Shown in pieces: positions 54,675-63,519 of a stretch of 64,000 bases of DNA. The DNA lies in the IMG/VR virus record IMGVR_UViG_3300018876_000008, positions 96,001 through 160,000 of that record. One strand, 5' to 3'. Below the pieces are notes generated by a model. It did not search any database. It was given only the letters and a program-made list of their open reading frames with translations, and was not told the origin of the DNA. This DNA is from a virus. Made by a program: the position numbers and the translations under genes. Numbering within the stretch: the stretch's first letter is position 1; each line of letters starts with the position of its first letter.

Positions 54675-55916
54675 ATGGGTAAAAATATTATTAAATTAAC
54701 TGGAGAAGATATTGAAAATATTGTAAGAACTGTTATTGAAGAACAGAAAAGAGGAGATTTAGGTCGAGGTAAAAAGAAAAAAAGAAAAAAGGACAAAACT
54801 GACCGTAACTCATCGGATTGGAATGGTGGTGATTCAGGTACACTTAATTTCGATGTAATGGAACAAGAAATGACTCCATTAGCCATAAACGTCACTGAGT
54901 ATGATTTTGACGTTAGACTTTCCGTTAATTTAACACGAACAGGTAGGTCTGTCACACCAACAGAAACCCCTCCGACTCCACCTCCACCTGTAACAATACC
55001 ACAATATACTATACAGGGAAGTGGATTACCTTACGCAGATAATATGGTTATGCCTTACTTTGATAAGTATCCTGAGTCTAATGAGCAGTTTACAAATATA
55101 GTTAAAAGTTTCGTCGCATATATTAAAGCGGGTGGTGGAGACCAACTTGATAATATCACAATTAAAGGTAGTGCGGATTCAGGAAGACCAACACTAAAAG
55201 TGCCAAGTGGTTATTCTAAATTAGACCATCCCGATACTGAACCTTATGGAGGAAAAACAGACCCAAAAGAGATGAATCAATATTTGGCTGACATGAGAGC
55301 CAAGCAATACGCAAGAGCATTAATAAGTGAAGTTAAAAAACAAACAGGACTTGTACTAAACATAAATGTACTAAAAGGTGATAACTTCTATGGTCAAGGT
55401 GACACTAAAAGAGGTCAAGAATTTAGAAAGATAACTTTATCGCCAAACGCACCTACATTCCAACCTGAAGTTGAAGGTGGTGAGGGAACTGCCGGTACTA
55501 AGACACCAGGAAAATTAGTTAAAGGTGGTGGTATACCTTATGACGTAGCGGTTTATTGGGACGGAAAAGGTAGATATGTTGAAGGATTTAGAGTTTTAGA
55601 TTTTTATAATAATAAAAGATTATCCGTTAGTAAGGAGGTTGCAGAAAAATTAGACCTACCTACAAAATATTTAAAAGGTAAAATAAATTCTGAAATAAAA
55701 GGTCAAGATTTTTATGTGAATGGTAAATTAATTGGTCCAATAAGACCAATAGGTGAGAGTCCTGTAAAATTTACTACAATGAATTATAATGTTATAGGTA
55801 GACCGAGATATTTCGCTGGACCAATAACCACTATAGATGCTTATAGAACACATAAAATTGGTAATGAAGAGCTAACCGTAGCGTATTTATCTGAAAATTA
55901 CTTCACTTTTACTTAA
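54675..55916 (+). CDS. Putative virion protein with OmpA-like peptidoglycan-binding region
   Basis: Leader LTGEDIENIVRTVIEEQ; Pro-rich linker; ITIKGSAD...NQYLADMRA...RKI; TATTTAT at 54651. Confidence 0.6.
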   Translation: MGKNIIKLTGEDIENIVRTVIEEQKRGDLGRGKKKKRKKDKTDRNSSDWNGGDSGTLNFDVMEQEMTPLAINVTEYDFDVRLSVNLTRTGRSVTPTETPPTPPPPVTIPQYTIQGSGLPYADNMVMPYFDKYPESNEQFTNIVKSFVAYIKAGGGDQLDNITIKGSADSGRPTLKVPSGYSKLDHPDTEPYGGKTDPKEMNQYLADMRAKQYARALISEVKKQTGLVLNINVLKGDNFYGQGDTKRGQEFRKITLSPNAPTFQPEVEGGEGTAGTKTPGKLVKGGGIPYDVAVYWDGKGRYVEGFRVLDFYNNKRLSVSKEVAEKLDLPTKYLKGKINSEIKGQDFYVNGKLIGPIRPIGESPVKFTTMNYNVIGRPRYFAGPITTIDAYRTHKIGNEELTVAYLSENYFTFT

Positions 55917-56437
55917 TAGTCGTATTTTAAAATAGGGAACATCTGAACTGCCATTATGTAGTTTAATTTTTTATTATATGTCACATAATGTCCATAGTAT
56001 GATGGAAAAGTAATTGTTCCATCTGAAACTTCGTTTAGTAAATTCATTCGATGATATTTAGAATTCATAAAATTATTATGAATTTCTTTTGCAATTTCTA
56101 AATCTGATTTACTACTGTCATAAAAAAATGCTGTTATATTCTCAGATGATACATCATATTTTAAATTACTACCTACTCTAATTCTATCAGTTGCATTTCT
56201 ATACTTTAACTTAGGGTTTGTGTGTTTTACTTCTGAAATATTAGTGATTAAACTTAAATAGTCAGCTTGTATTTTTGAACTTTTATTAATTAATGGGTCC
56301 GTCACAAAAGTACTCAGACCTCTACTACTTCTTTCTTCATTTACTAAATTTAACAAATGTCTTTGTATTTCACCTAAGTTTTGTGAGTAACCTACGCTAC
56401 AAATAAGAGTTAGTAATATTAATAGTATATTTTTCAT
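55913..56437 (-). CDS. Secreted CAP/SCP domain protein
   Basis: Signal peptide (GYS/Q); LVNEERSSRGL, ENI, FMNSKYHRMNLL; ATG 4 nt after TATATTTG. Confidence 0.85.
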   Translation of the reverse strand: MKNILLILLTLICSVGYSQNLGEIQRHLLNLVNEERSSRGLSTFVTDPLINKSSKIQADYLSLITNISEVKHTNPKLKYRNATDRIRVGSNLKYDVSSENITAFFYDSSKSDLEIAKEIHNNFMNSKYHRMNLLNEVSDGTITFPSYYGHYVTYNKKLNYIMAVQMFPILKYDY

Positions 56438-56502
56438 ATAACAAATATAAGGAATAAAAATTAATTATACAAACAATCAACTATTTATTATAAAAGTTTT
56501 AA

Positions 56503-58407
56503 ATGAAATTTAGTACAATATTAAACGAAGGTAAAAAGGAAAATCTTATTTCTAAGTATGGTGATGAGCCAATATTCAAAGATAATGATTTTATTTCAAC
56601 TATAGTTGATAGTGACCCATCTAGTACTAAGAAGTATTCTGAATGGACCATTAAACAAGTAATTGATTTCATGAAAGTTAATGATGGGGCATCACTTCCA
56701 GATGTCGTTATCCAAATTACCGATTTAATTAAGAATTTTCACGACTTATCACTAACGATTACTGATGAGGATATTGATTTTGCCAAAAAATTACACTCAA
56801 GTATTAATGACACATATATAAAGGGAGCGCCTAAAGATATACACAGATATAAATCATATTGGGAACTACAAACAGTCTTATCTGCACTTGAAAAAAAGAA
56901 AAAAGATAGAGAACAAGAAAAAGAAGCTTTAAAAGATGTGGATAAACTTTATGAGGACAGTAGATTTTTAGTGGTGAGACCTTATAGTCATGATGCTTCG
57001 TGTTATTACGGTTCAAATACTAAATGGTGTACCGCATCTAAAAATAATCGAGGATATTTTAATCGTTATGTAGATTCGGGAATATTAATTTATGTAATTG
57101 ATAAAAAGTCCAATGATGAAACTTTAGGTAAAATGGCCATCAATATTAATGAAAATGGTAATATTTGGATTTACGACCAAAAAGATAATCAAAGGAGTGA
57201 AGACTTTTTACTTGATAGATTTGAACCTATTTCTGAGGTGATTAAAAAAATACTCAAAGGTGACACCGATTATGAGAAATTAATTAGAATAAAAGAAGGT
57301 AAAATAAGGGCTTCACAACAAAAACTTACTGCCCCGTATTTTGAAGATATGAATGAAAATGATATTTTTTTACGTTTTGATGATGTGAGAGAATATCTTT
57401 CATTAATGAATGAGGCTTTAGAAGATTATGAAATAGATGCTTATGCGAACGGTATTGAGTTACCTTATGGTATGGACAATTATTACTACGATTCATACAA
57501 TTTTGATGAGGATTTGAAAGAAGGATACCCTCTTTATAAATTAAATTCAGACCAGTTAAAAATTCTTAAAGATATATTAACTATTATTTCCCCTGACAAA
57601 CTAAAAGGATTATTTAAAACTACCCCTAATGTATCTAGAGAGAAATTAAATAAATTTAAATCTATGGATAAGGGGTCACAAGATTATTTTGATTTATACA
57701 ACTTATCAATTGTTGACAATAATAATTTACTCCCTGATATTGGTAAGTTTTTATTAGGATTTGACGATAAATTTATAGAAGATTTTGGATATGCCTATGG
57801 GACTGCCGAAGATGAGTCAATGAAAAAAGGTGTTCAAGACGTATTAGAGGATGAATTGTGTAACTTCTATGAACCAATAGGGTTTGAATTAGTAGGTTCC
57901 GATTGTTTTTATAAGTATTCAGTATCAGTAGATAAGGTTATCAGTATGTATGAATCAAATATAGAATACTCAAAAAATTTATCTTTAAAAGAATTATTTG
58001 AATGGTTTGCCGAAGAAAACTTAGCATGGAGTCTTGATGAACCTCATAATATGGCCTATGAGAATGCAGACGAAGAAACGTTTAATTACTATTTTAATTC
58101 AGATATGGAAAGTGCTTTGGAATCGTTACTTGAAAAAATAGAAAGTGACGAAACATATGAAGATATTGAAGAATATAATAAAATAGTAAAATTAATTAGT
58201 AATAAGTACGGGTTTGATAAAAAAGTTGATATTCCAACTACAGACGGTACTCAAATTACAATACAAAAAGTAAATCCACTAAATAATAAAGTTGAGTTTA
58301 TGTTAAATAAAAAAGGTGATTGGAGAGGTAAAAAGGGTATAGCTAAACTATCCACAATCGAAAAAATGTTTACAAACTACCAACTATTTGACCCGTTCGA
58401 AGATTAA
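56503..58407 (+). CDS. Large phage protein with ASCYYG.NT.WCT motif (PcfJ-related, tentative)
   Basis: Leader MKFSTILNEG; DPS..KKY..W, KDI..Y, ASCYYGSNTKWCTA; TATTTAT upstream. Confidence 0.6.
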   Translation: MKFSTILNEGKKENLISKYGDEPIFKDNDFISTIVDSDPSSTKKYSEWTIKQVIDFMKVNDGASLPDVVIQITDLIKNFHDLSLTITDEDIDFAKKLHSSINDTYIKGAPKDIHRYKSYWELQTVLSALEKKKKDREQEKEALKDVDKLYEDSRFLVVRPYSHDASCYYGSNTKWCTASKNNRGYFNRYVDSGILIYVIDKKSNDETLGKMAININENGNIWIYDQKDNQRSEDFLLDRFEPISEVIKKILKGDTDYEKLIRIKEGKIRASQQKLTAPYFEDMNENDIFLRFDDVREYLSLMNEALEDYEIDAYANGIELPYGMDNYYYDSYNFDEDLKEGYPLYKLNSDQLKILKDILTIISPDKLKGLFKTTPNVSREKLNKFKSMDKGSQDYFDLYNLSIVDNNNLLPDIGKFLLGFDDKFIEDFGYAYGTAEDESMKKGVQDVLEDELCNFYEPIGFELVGSDCFYKYSVSVDKVISMYESNIEYSKNLSLKELFEWFAEENLAWSLDEPHNMAYENADEETFNYYFNSDMESALESLLEKIESDETYEDIEEYNKIVKLISNKYGFDKKVDIPTTDGTQITIQKVNPLNNKVEFMLNKKGDWRGKKGIAKLSTIEKMFTNYQLFDPFED

Positions 58408-59504
58408 TAAAAATAATCGTTTGATTCAGTCATACCTGAAAGTAATTTCTCTCTCAGTATTTCATACAACTCCCCAATCTCACTTTCATCCATGTAAACT
58501 ACATCACCTGTAAATTTAGATTCAATGGAGATACCTTCTTTAGTATCAGTAACAATTACATTTTCCAATTCGTAACTTTCCTCATCGTAATCAATATCAT
58601 CTACATCAGATTCCCAACCATCTAAAGTGTCATCAGTAACATCGAATAATGTACCATAATTGTTCCAATTAGGTTTTACATAATCATATACGTACTTTTG
58701 ATTACCTAACTCATCTACCAATTTAATAGAAAACTCAATAGCCTTAGATACGTCATCCACAACTACAAATTCATTAGCGGTATGCATGTTATAATATCCA
58801 CATGAAAAATTAATACAACTAAAATCACCCTTACGTTTAATTTGAGAAACGTCAGTGTAAGGATGAGACTGAGGGTCGGCATTTACACCCATAATTTCAT
58901 TAAATAGTGGAAGTGTTTTATTAATGAACTCACCACCTTTTTCATATAGTCTTGTCCCTGAACAAACTTCAGTAATTAAATTATTGCCAGGAGCATCGAA
59001 TTGTACTGCATAACCCACATCGTTCAAGAAGTTGATGTCACATTTACTTGAACCATGACACCCTGTTTCTTCAGATACAAATAACCCTACTTTTACTTTA
59101 GAAAGGGTCCTGAGAAGTTCAAGTGCAATAAAGACACCACACTTATCATCACCACCAATACCAGTTGGAATACCATCAGGTGTATAACCTTTAAGGGATA
59201 GAAATTCTTCATCTCCATAGGTATGACCAAAAGTATTTGGTTTAACAAGTGATTCTTCTTGAACGATTATTTTATCGACCAGTTGATGTACTGTGTCGGT
59301 ATGGGCAATAAACATTGGATAATACTCTCCTTCGTCTAATGTACCTTTAGTGGCGTAAACATTATCCATTTCATCCGTATAATACTCAACATCGGGCATT
59401 GCCTCCAATACGTCGCGTAGGTATTGTACCATATTATCTTCTTGATATGTTTTGGTTGGTACCGACAGTACTTCTTTTAGTCTATTGAGTTGTGTATTAT
59501 CCAT
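58404..59504 (-). CDS. M20/M28-family metallopeptidase
   Basis: AHTDTV, GGDDKCG, EETG, GYYNMHT..E. Confidence 0.88.
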   Translation of the reverse strand: MDNTQLNRLKEVLSVPTKTYQEDNMVQYLRDVLEAMPDVEYYTDEMDNVYATKGTLDEGEYYPMFIAHTDTVHQLVDKIIVQEESLVKPNTFGHTYGDEEFLSLKGYTPDGIPTGIGGDDKCGVFIALELLRTLSKVKVGLFVSEETGCHGSSKCDINFLNDVGYAVQFDAPGNNLITEVCSGTRLYEKGGEFINKTLPLFNEIMGVNADPQSHPYTDVSQIKRKGDFSCINFSCGYYNMHTANEFVVVDDVSKAIEFSIKLVDELGNQKYVYDYVKPNWNNYGTLFDVTDDTLDGWESDVDDIDYDEESYELENVIVTDTKEGISIESKFTGDVVYMDESEIGELYEILREKLLSGMTESNDYFY

Positions 59505-59566
59505 TTGTTTATTATTTAGAATACAAATATACTACTTTTTTTTAGAATAAAGAAAAAAAGGGAAAA

Positions 59567-61588
59567 TTAATTTCCCTTTTTAATGATTAATTCTTCATCG
59601 TTTTTCATTTCTACAGTAAAAGGTTTGTTTACTACAATAGTACCTCTAAGAACTTCTTCAGAAATTAAATCTTCAATTTTTTCCTGTATTGCTCTTTTAA
59701 TAGGTCTCGCCCCGTACTTTTCATCAAATCCAACTTTAGAAATAAATTCTTTAACTGAATCACTAAAATTAATATTATATTCCATTTCTTCTAAACGATT
59801 AGTTAATTTAAGTAATTCAATATCCACAATCTCAGAAACTTCTTTTTCTTTTAGAGGGTTAAATACAACAACCTCATCTACACGATTTAAGAATTCAGGG
59901 GTAAAATGATTCTTTAATTCTTTTTGAAGTAACGCCTTTTTCATCTCTTCATTATTTGACATTCTATTAGAAGTCTCAAAACCAACACCTGTACCAAAAT
60001 CTTGAAGTTTCTTAACCCCTAAATTAGATGTCATAATAATCAAACAGTTCTTAAAATTAATTTTACGACCAAAACTATCGGTTAAGTGTCCATCATCCAT
60101 CATTTGAAGTAATAATGAAAAAATATCTTTGTTAGCCTTCTCAATTTCATCGAACAAAACAACAGAATAAGGTTTGTTCTTAACCGCTTCAGTTAATTGA
60201 CCTCCTTGGTCGTGACCAACATATCCTGGAGGAGAACCAATTAATCTTGACATAGTGTACTTCTCTTGATATTCTGACATATCTACTCTAATTAAAGCGT
60301 CTTCAGCCCCAAATATCTCTTTTGCCAATTGTTTAGCTAAATGGGTTTTACCGATACCTGTAGAACCTAAGAATATAAAAGAACCGATAGGTCGATTAGG
60401 GTCTTTAATCCCAACTCTATTTCTACGAATAGCTTTAGAGATTTTTTCTACTGCAACTTTTTGACCGATTACAGAGCTATTAAGATTACCTTCTAAATTA
60501 AGTAGGGATTCTTTATCGTCAGAATTAAGTCTTGTAACAGGTATTTTAGTCATAGTTGAAACAACCTCAAATACCATATCTTCAGTAATTGGTTTACGTT
60601 TTTGGTCTTTAGATAACTCAAACTTTTCTTTTTCATTATCTAATTTTTTTAAGATTTTCTTCTCTTTATCACGTAATTCTGCTGCCTTTTCGTACTGCTG
60701 AGATTTTACTACTTCAATTTTTTCTTCTTTAATTTTAACCGCATCTTCCTTTAACTTTTCAATTATTTCAGGAAGTTTGACGTTGATTTGAGCGCGGGCA
60801 CCAACCTCATCCATAATATCGATAGCCTTATCAGGAAATTCACGGTCAGTAATATATCTATCAGCAAGTGTTACACATGCTTTAAGTGAATTTTCACTAT
60901 AAGTTACTTTATGATGTGATTCATAACGAGACTTTAAATTTTCAAGAATGATTAAGGTTTCTGATGGAGTGGCACCATCAACAACAACTTTTTGGAACCT
61001 ACGTTCAAGTGCACCATCTTTTTCTATGTTTTCACGGTATTCGTCAAGTGTTGTAGCTCCAATACATTGTAGTTCACCTCTTGCTAGTGCGGGTTTAAAA
61101 ATATTAGAAGCGTCTAATGAACCTGAAGAATTACCTGCACCTATAATTGTGTGTATCTCATCAATAAAGACGATAATATCAGGATTCTCATAAAGTTCAT
61201 CTAAAATAACTTTTAATCTTTCCTCAAATTGACCTCTATATTTTGTACCTGCAACGATTGATGTCATATCCAAAGAGACGATACGTTTATCACATAAATT
61301 TTGGGGACAATCACCTTCGAAGATTTTCATTGCCAATCCCTCTACAATTGCAGTTTTACCTGCACCTGGCTCACCTATAATAATTGGGTTATTCTTCTTT
61401 CTACGAGAAAGAATTTGAGCGATTCTATTAATTTCATTTTCACGACCAACAACAGGGTCAAGTTTACCTTGTTCCGCATGTCTAATAAGGTCACGAGAAA
61501 AATTGTCTAAAACAGGTGTTTTAGAGTTACTCATTTCTTTAGGAGCTCTTCCTCCATCTTTTTCATTAGGGTCTAATGGTTCTATCAT
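59567..61588 (-). CDS. clpC: ClpC-like AAA+ ATPase lacking the N-terminal Clp repeat domain
   Basis: Two Walker A motifs (GEPGAGKT, GSTGIGKT), UVR-type M domain (QQYEKAAELRD), VGF ClpP-docking loop. Confidence 0.9.
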   Translation of the reverse strand: MIEPLDPNEKDGGRAPKEMSNSKTPVLDNFSRDLIRHAEQGKLDPVVGRENEINRIAQILSRRKKNNPIIIGEPGAGKTAIVEGLAMKIFEGDCPQNLCDKRIVSLDMTSIVAGTKYRGQFEERLKVILDELYENPDIIVFIDEIHTIIGAGNSSGSLDASNIFKPALARGELQCIGATTLDEYRENIEKDGALERRFQKVVVDGATPSETLIILENLKSRYESHHKVTYSENSLKACVTLADRYITDREFPDKAIDIMDEVGARAQINVKLPEIIEKLKEDAVKIKEEKIEVVKSQQYEKAAELRDKEKKILKKLDNEKEKFELSKDQKRKPITEDMVFEVVSTMTKIPVTRLNSDDKESLLNLEGNLNSSVIGQKVAVEKISKAIRRNRVGIKDPNRPIGSFIFLGSTGIGKTHLAKQLAKEIFGAEDALIRVDMSEYQEKYTMSRLIGSPPGYVGHDQGGQLTEAVKNKPYSVVLFDEIEKANKDIFSLLLQMMDDGHLTDSFGRKINFKNCLIIMTSNLGVKKLQDFGTGVGFETSNRMSNNEEMKKALLQKELKNHFTPEFLNRVDEVVVFNPLKEKEVSEIVDIELLKLTNRLEEMEYNINFSDSVKEFISKVGFDEKYGARPIKRAIQEKIEDLISEEVLRGTIVVNKPFTVEMKNDEELIIKKGN

Positions 61589-61647
61589 ATTCTTTTAATT
61601 AATTTATAGTTACAAAGATAACAAAAATTATGTAGTTATCAACTACT

Positions 61648-61740
61648 TGACATTTTGTCATACTAATTTTATTTTAAGTGTCATAATGTCATACTATAGG
61701 TTTTATAACCGTAATAAAGACAGTATTTAATTGATGGCAC
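61648..61740 (+). promoter_or_regulatory. TG(A/T)CA-N3-TGTCA boxes and TGGCAC element in the clpC / UVR-gene intergenic region
   Basis: TGACA-TTT-TGTCA 61648-61660; TGTCA-TAA-TGTCA 61679-61691; TGGCAC 61735-61740. Confidence 0.5.
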
Positions 61741-61797
61741 ATTTTTCGTCAATGGTTAAGTACAAAGATAAACAATAAATTTTAAAAAAGTAATAAT

Positions 61798-62169
61798 ATG
61801 TTTGGAAAAAGAAAATTTAACAACTTGTTCGGTGAATTTGATTCTATGTTTAATGAATTCGATTCTTTATTTAATAATATGAAACCAACCTATTATAGAG
61901 TAGGTCCTAATGGTTACGTTTTATATTATGGTTCTGAAACCGATAAAAATACCACTGATGAAATAACAACACTTAAAGATGAGTTAGAGATTTGTGTTGA
62001 AAATCAAGACTTTGAAAAAGCTGTTGAACTTAGGGATAAAATTAAATCCTTAGAGGAGAACGGTGAAAAAATAAATAAACTTAGAAAGGATTTAAAAAAA
62101 TCTATCGATGAACAGAATTTTGAAGAATCTATTAAATTAAGAGATAAACTAAATAAGTTGACAAAGTAA
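61798..62169 (+). CDS. Tandem UVR (UvrB/UvrC motif) protein
   Basis: LEICVENQDFEKAVELRDKI and LKKSIDEQNFEESIKLRDKL; Phe-rich N-terminus. Confidence 0.85.
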   Translation: MFGKRKFNNLFGEFDSMFNEFDSLFNNMKPTYYRVGPNGYVLYYGSETDKNTTDEITTLKDELEICVENQDFEKAVELRDKIKSLEENGEKINKLRKDLKKSIDEQNFEESIKLRDKLNKLTK

Positions 62170-62173
62170 TTTT

Positions 62174-62199
62174 AAACCCTCCCATACGGAGGGTTTTTT
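62174..62199 (+). terminator. Intrinsic terminator
   Basis: AAACCCTCC-CATAC-GGAGGGTTTTTT. Confidence 0.85.
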
Positions 62200-62237
62200 A
62201 TTTATTAAACTTTTATATACTTATAAAAAAATGTATT

Positions 62238-62486
62238 ATGGGAATTAAAAGTGAAAAAATAAAAGGTAAACTCATTATAAATGAGATTGAGTCATCTAAC
62301 TTAAAAAAGACAGTATATGATACTGGTAATGAAAAGTTAGTAGTAACATTTAACAACGGTATGGAGTATGAATATGAAAAAGTTCCACACTCAATGTACA
62401 CTAAATTTAGAATGGCGGAATCGCAAGGTAGTTTCTTTAATAAAGAGATAGGGAGGAAATACAAATACAAAAAAATCACAAAGTAA
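62238..62486 (+). CDS. KTSC domain protein
   Basis: SSNL....YD....L.V.F.NG..YEY..VP...Y..F..A.S.G.FFN..I. Confidence 0.92.
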   Translation: MGIKSEKIKGKLIINEIESSNLKKTVYDTGNEKLVVTFNNGMEYEYEKVPHSMYTKFRMAESQGSFFNKEIGRKYKYKKITK

Positions 62487-62508
62487 AAAACTTAACTATT
62501 TATTATTG

Positions 62509-63261
62509 ATGGAAACATTTAATAACATTATTTCTAGCTTCGATGTTAAGGACGAATTAAATCCCGTTATATGGGATAACCCTGATGACCCTTCAAGTGC
62601 CGTAATGAAAGAGGATATAAGATTACAACTAATTGAGATTGCAAATAAATTCATAGATTTTTTAGGTTACGATATCTTTGTACAAGATATTACAATGACG
62701 GGTTCTTTGTCTAATTACAATTGGTCTAAATTTTCTGATATCGATTTACATGTAATGTATGACTTTAATGAATCAGGAGATGAAAAAGAGTTATACCAAG
62801 ATTTATTTAAATTAAAAAAGACTTTATTTAATTCTACACACGATATTACTGTCAAAGGATATGAGGTGGAATTATATGTTCAAGACACTAATGAACCACA
62901 CATATCTACAGGCGTATATTCAGTTTTATTTAATGAATGGTTAGTTGAACCATCAAAAGAAGAAGTTACTATTGACCAAAAAATAATCAAAGATAAAGTG
63001 GAACAATGGCAAGATATAATCGATATAGTCATTGAGGATATTGAAAGTGGTGATGAAGAATTAGAAATAGGTTTAGAGAAAATTAGTAAAGTAAAAGATA
63101 AATTAAAAAAATATCGAGGTTGTGGATTAGAAAGGGAAGGTGAATATTCTTATGAAAATTTAGTATTTAAATTTTTAAGAAGAAATGGATACATACAAAA
63201 ACTTTTTGATTTTCAAAATAATTTAATTGATAACCGTCTTTCTTTAGCCGAACAAAAATAA
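62509..63261 (+). CDS. Pol beta-type nucleotidyltransferase domain protein
   Basis: TGSLSNYNW...SDIDLH, VELYVQ; TATTTAT upstream. Confidence 0.75.
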   Translation: METFNNIISSFDVKDELNPVIWDNPDDPSSAVMKEDIRLQLIEIANKFIDFLGYDIFVQDITMTGSLSNYNWSKFSDIDLHVMYDFNESGDEKELYQDLFKLKKTLFNSTHDITVKGYEVELYVQDTNEPHISTGVYSVLFNEWLVEPSKEEVTIDQKIIKDKVEQWQDIIDIVIEDIESGDEELEIGLEKISKVKDKLKKYRGCGLEREGEYSYENLVFKFLRRNGYIQKLFDFQNNLIDNRLSLAEQK

Positions 63262-63334
63262 ACTATAATTATATCGTAAGATAAGAAAAAGTGGAAATTC
63301 TTAACTTATCGTATATTTATTATAAAAAACTATT

Positions 63335-63490
63335 ATGGCGCAAACTGGATGTACATCGACACAATACGTAATTCCTGTGTCAGGAACTACAGGATTTACA
63401 CCGTATCATGCTGTTTATACAGGTGATAACGGAAAGGATAAAGTACAATGTACTACTGTAAGACTTGGTGGTAATGGTTTATATAGTTAA
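63335..63490 (+). CDS. Small hypothetical protein (51 aa, not in ORF track)
   Basis: MAQTGCTSTQYVIPVSG...VRLGGNGLYS*; TATTTAT at 63314. Confidence 0.65.
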   Translation: MAQTGCTSTQYVIPVSGTTGFTPYHAVYTGDNGKDKVQCTTVRLGGNGLYS

Positions 63491-63519
63491 AACTAAAAAA
63501 ATATTAAAAATATAGAGAT

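Noticed and set aside
3072-62479. Short ORF-track entries antisense or out of frame within longer genes (e.g. 3072..3302, 3289..3609, 13487..13876, 36914..37225, 53319..53687, 59583..59909, 62213..62479)
   Set aside because: Shadow ORFs overlapping better-supported genes, with no motifs or promoter
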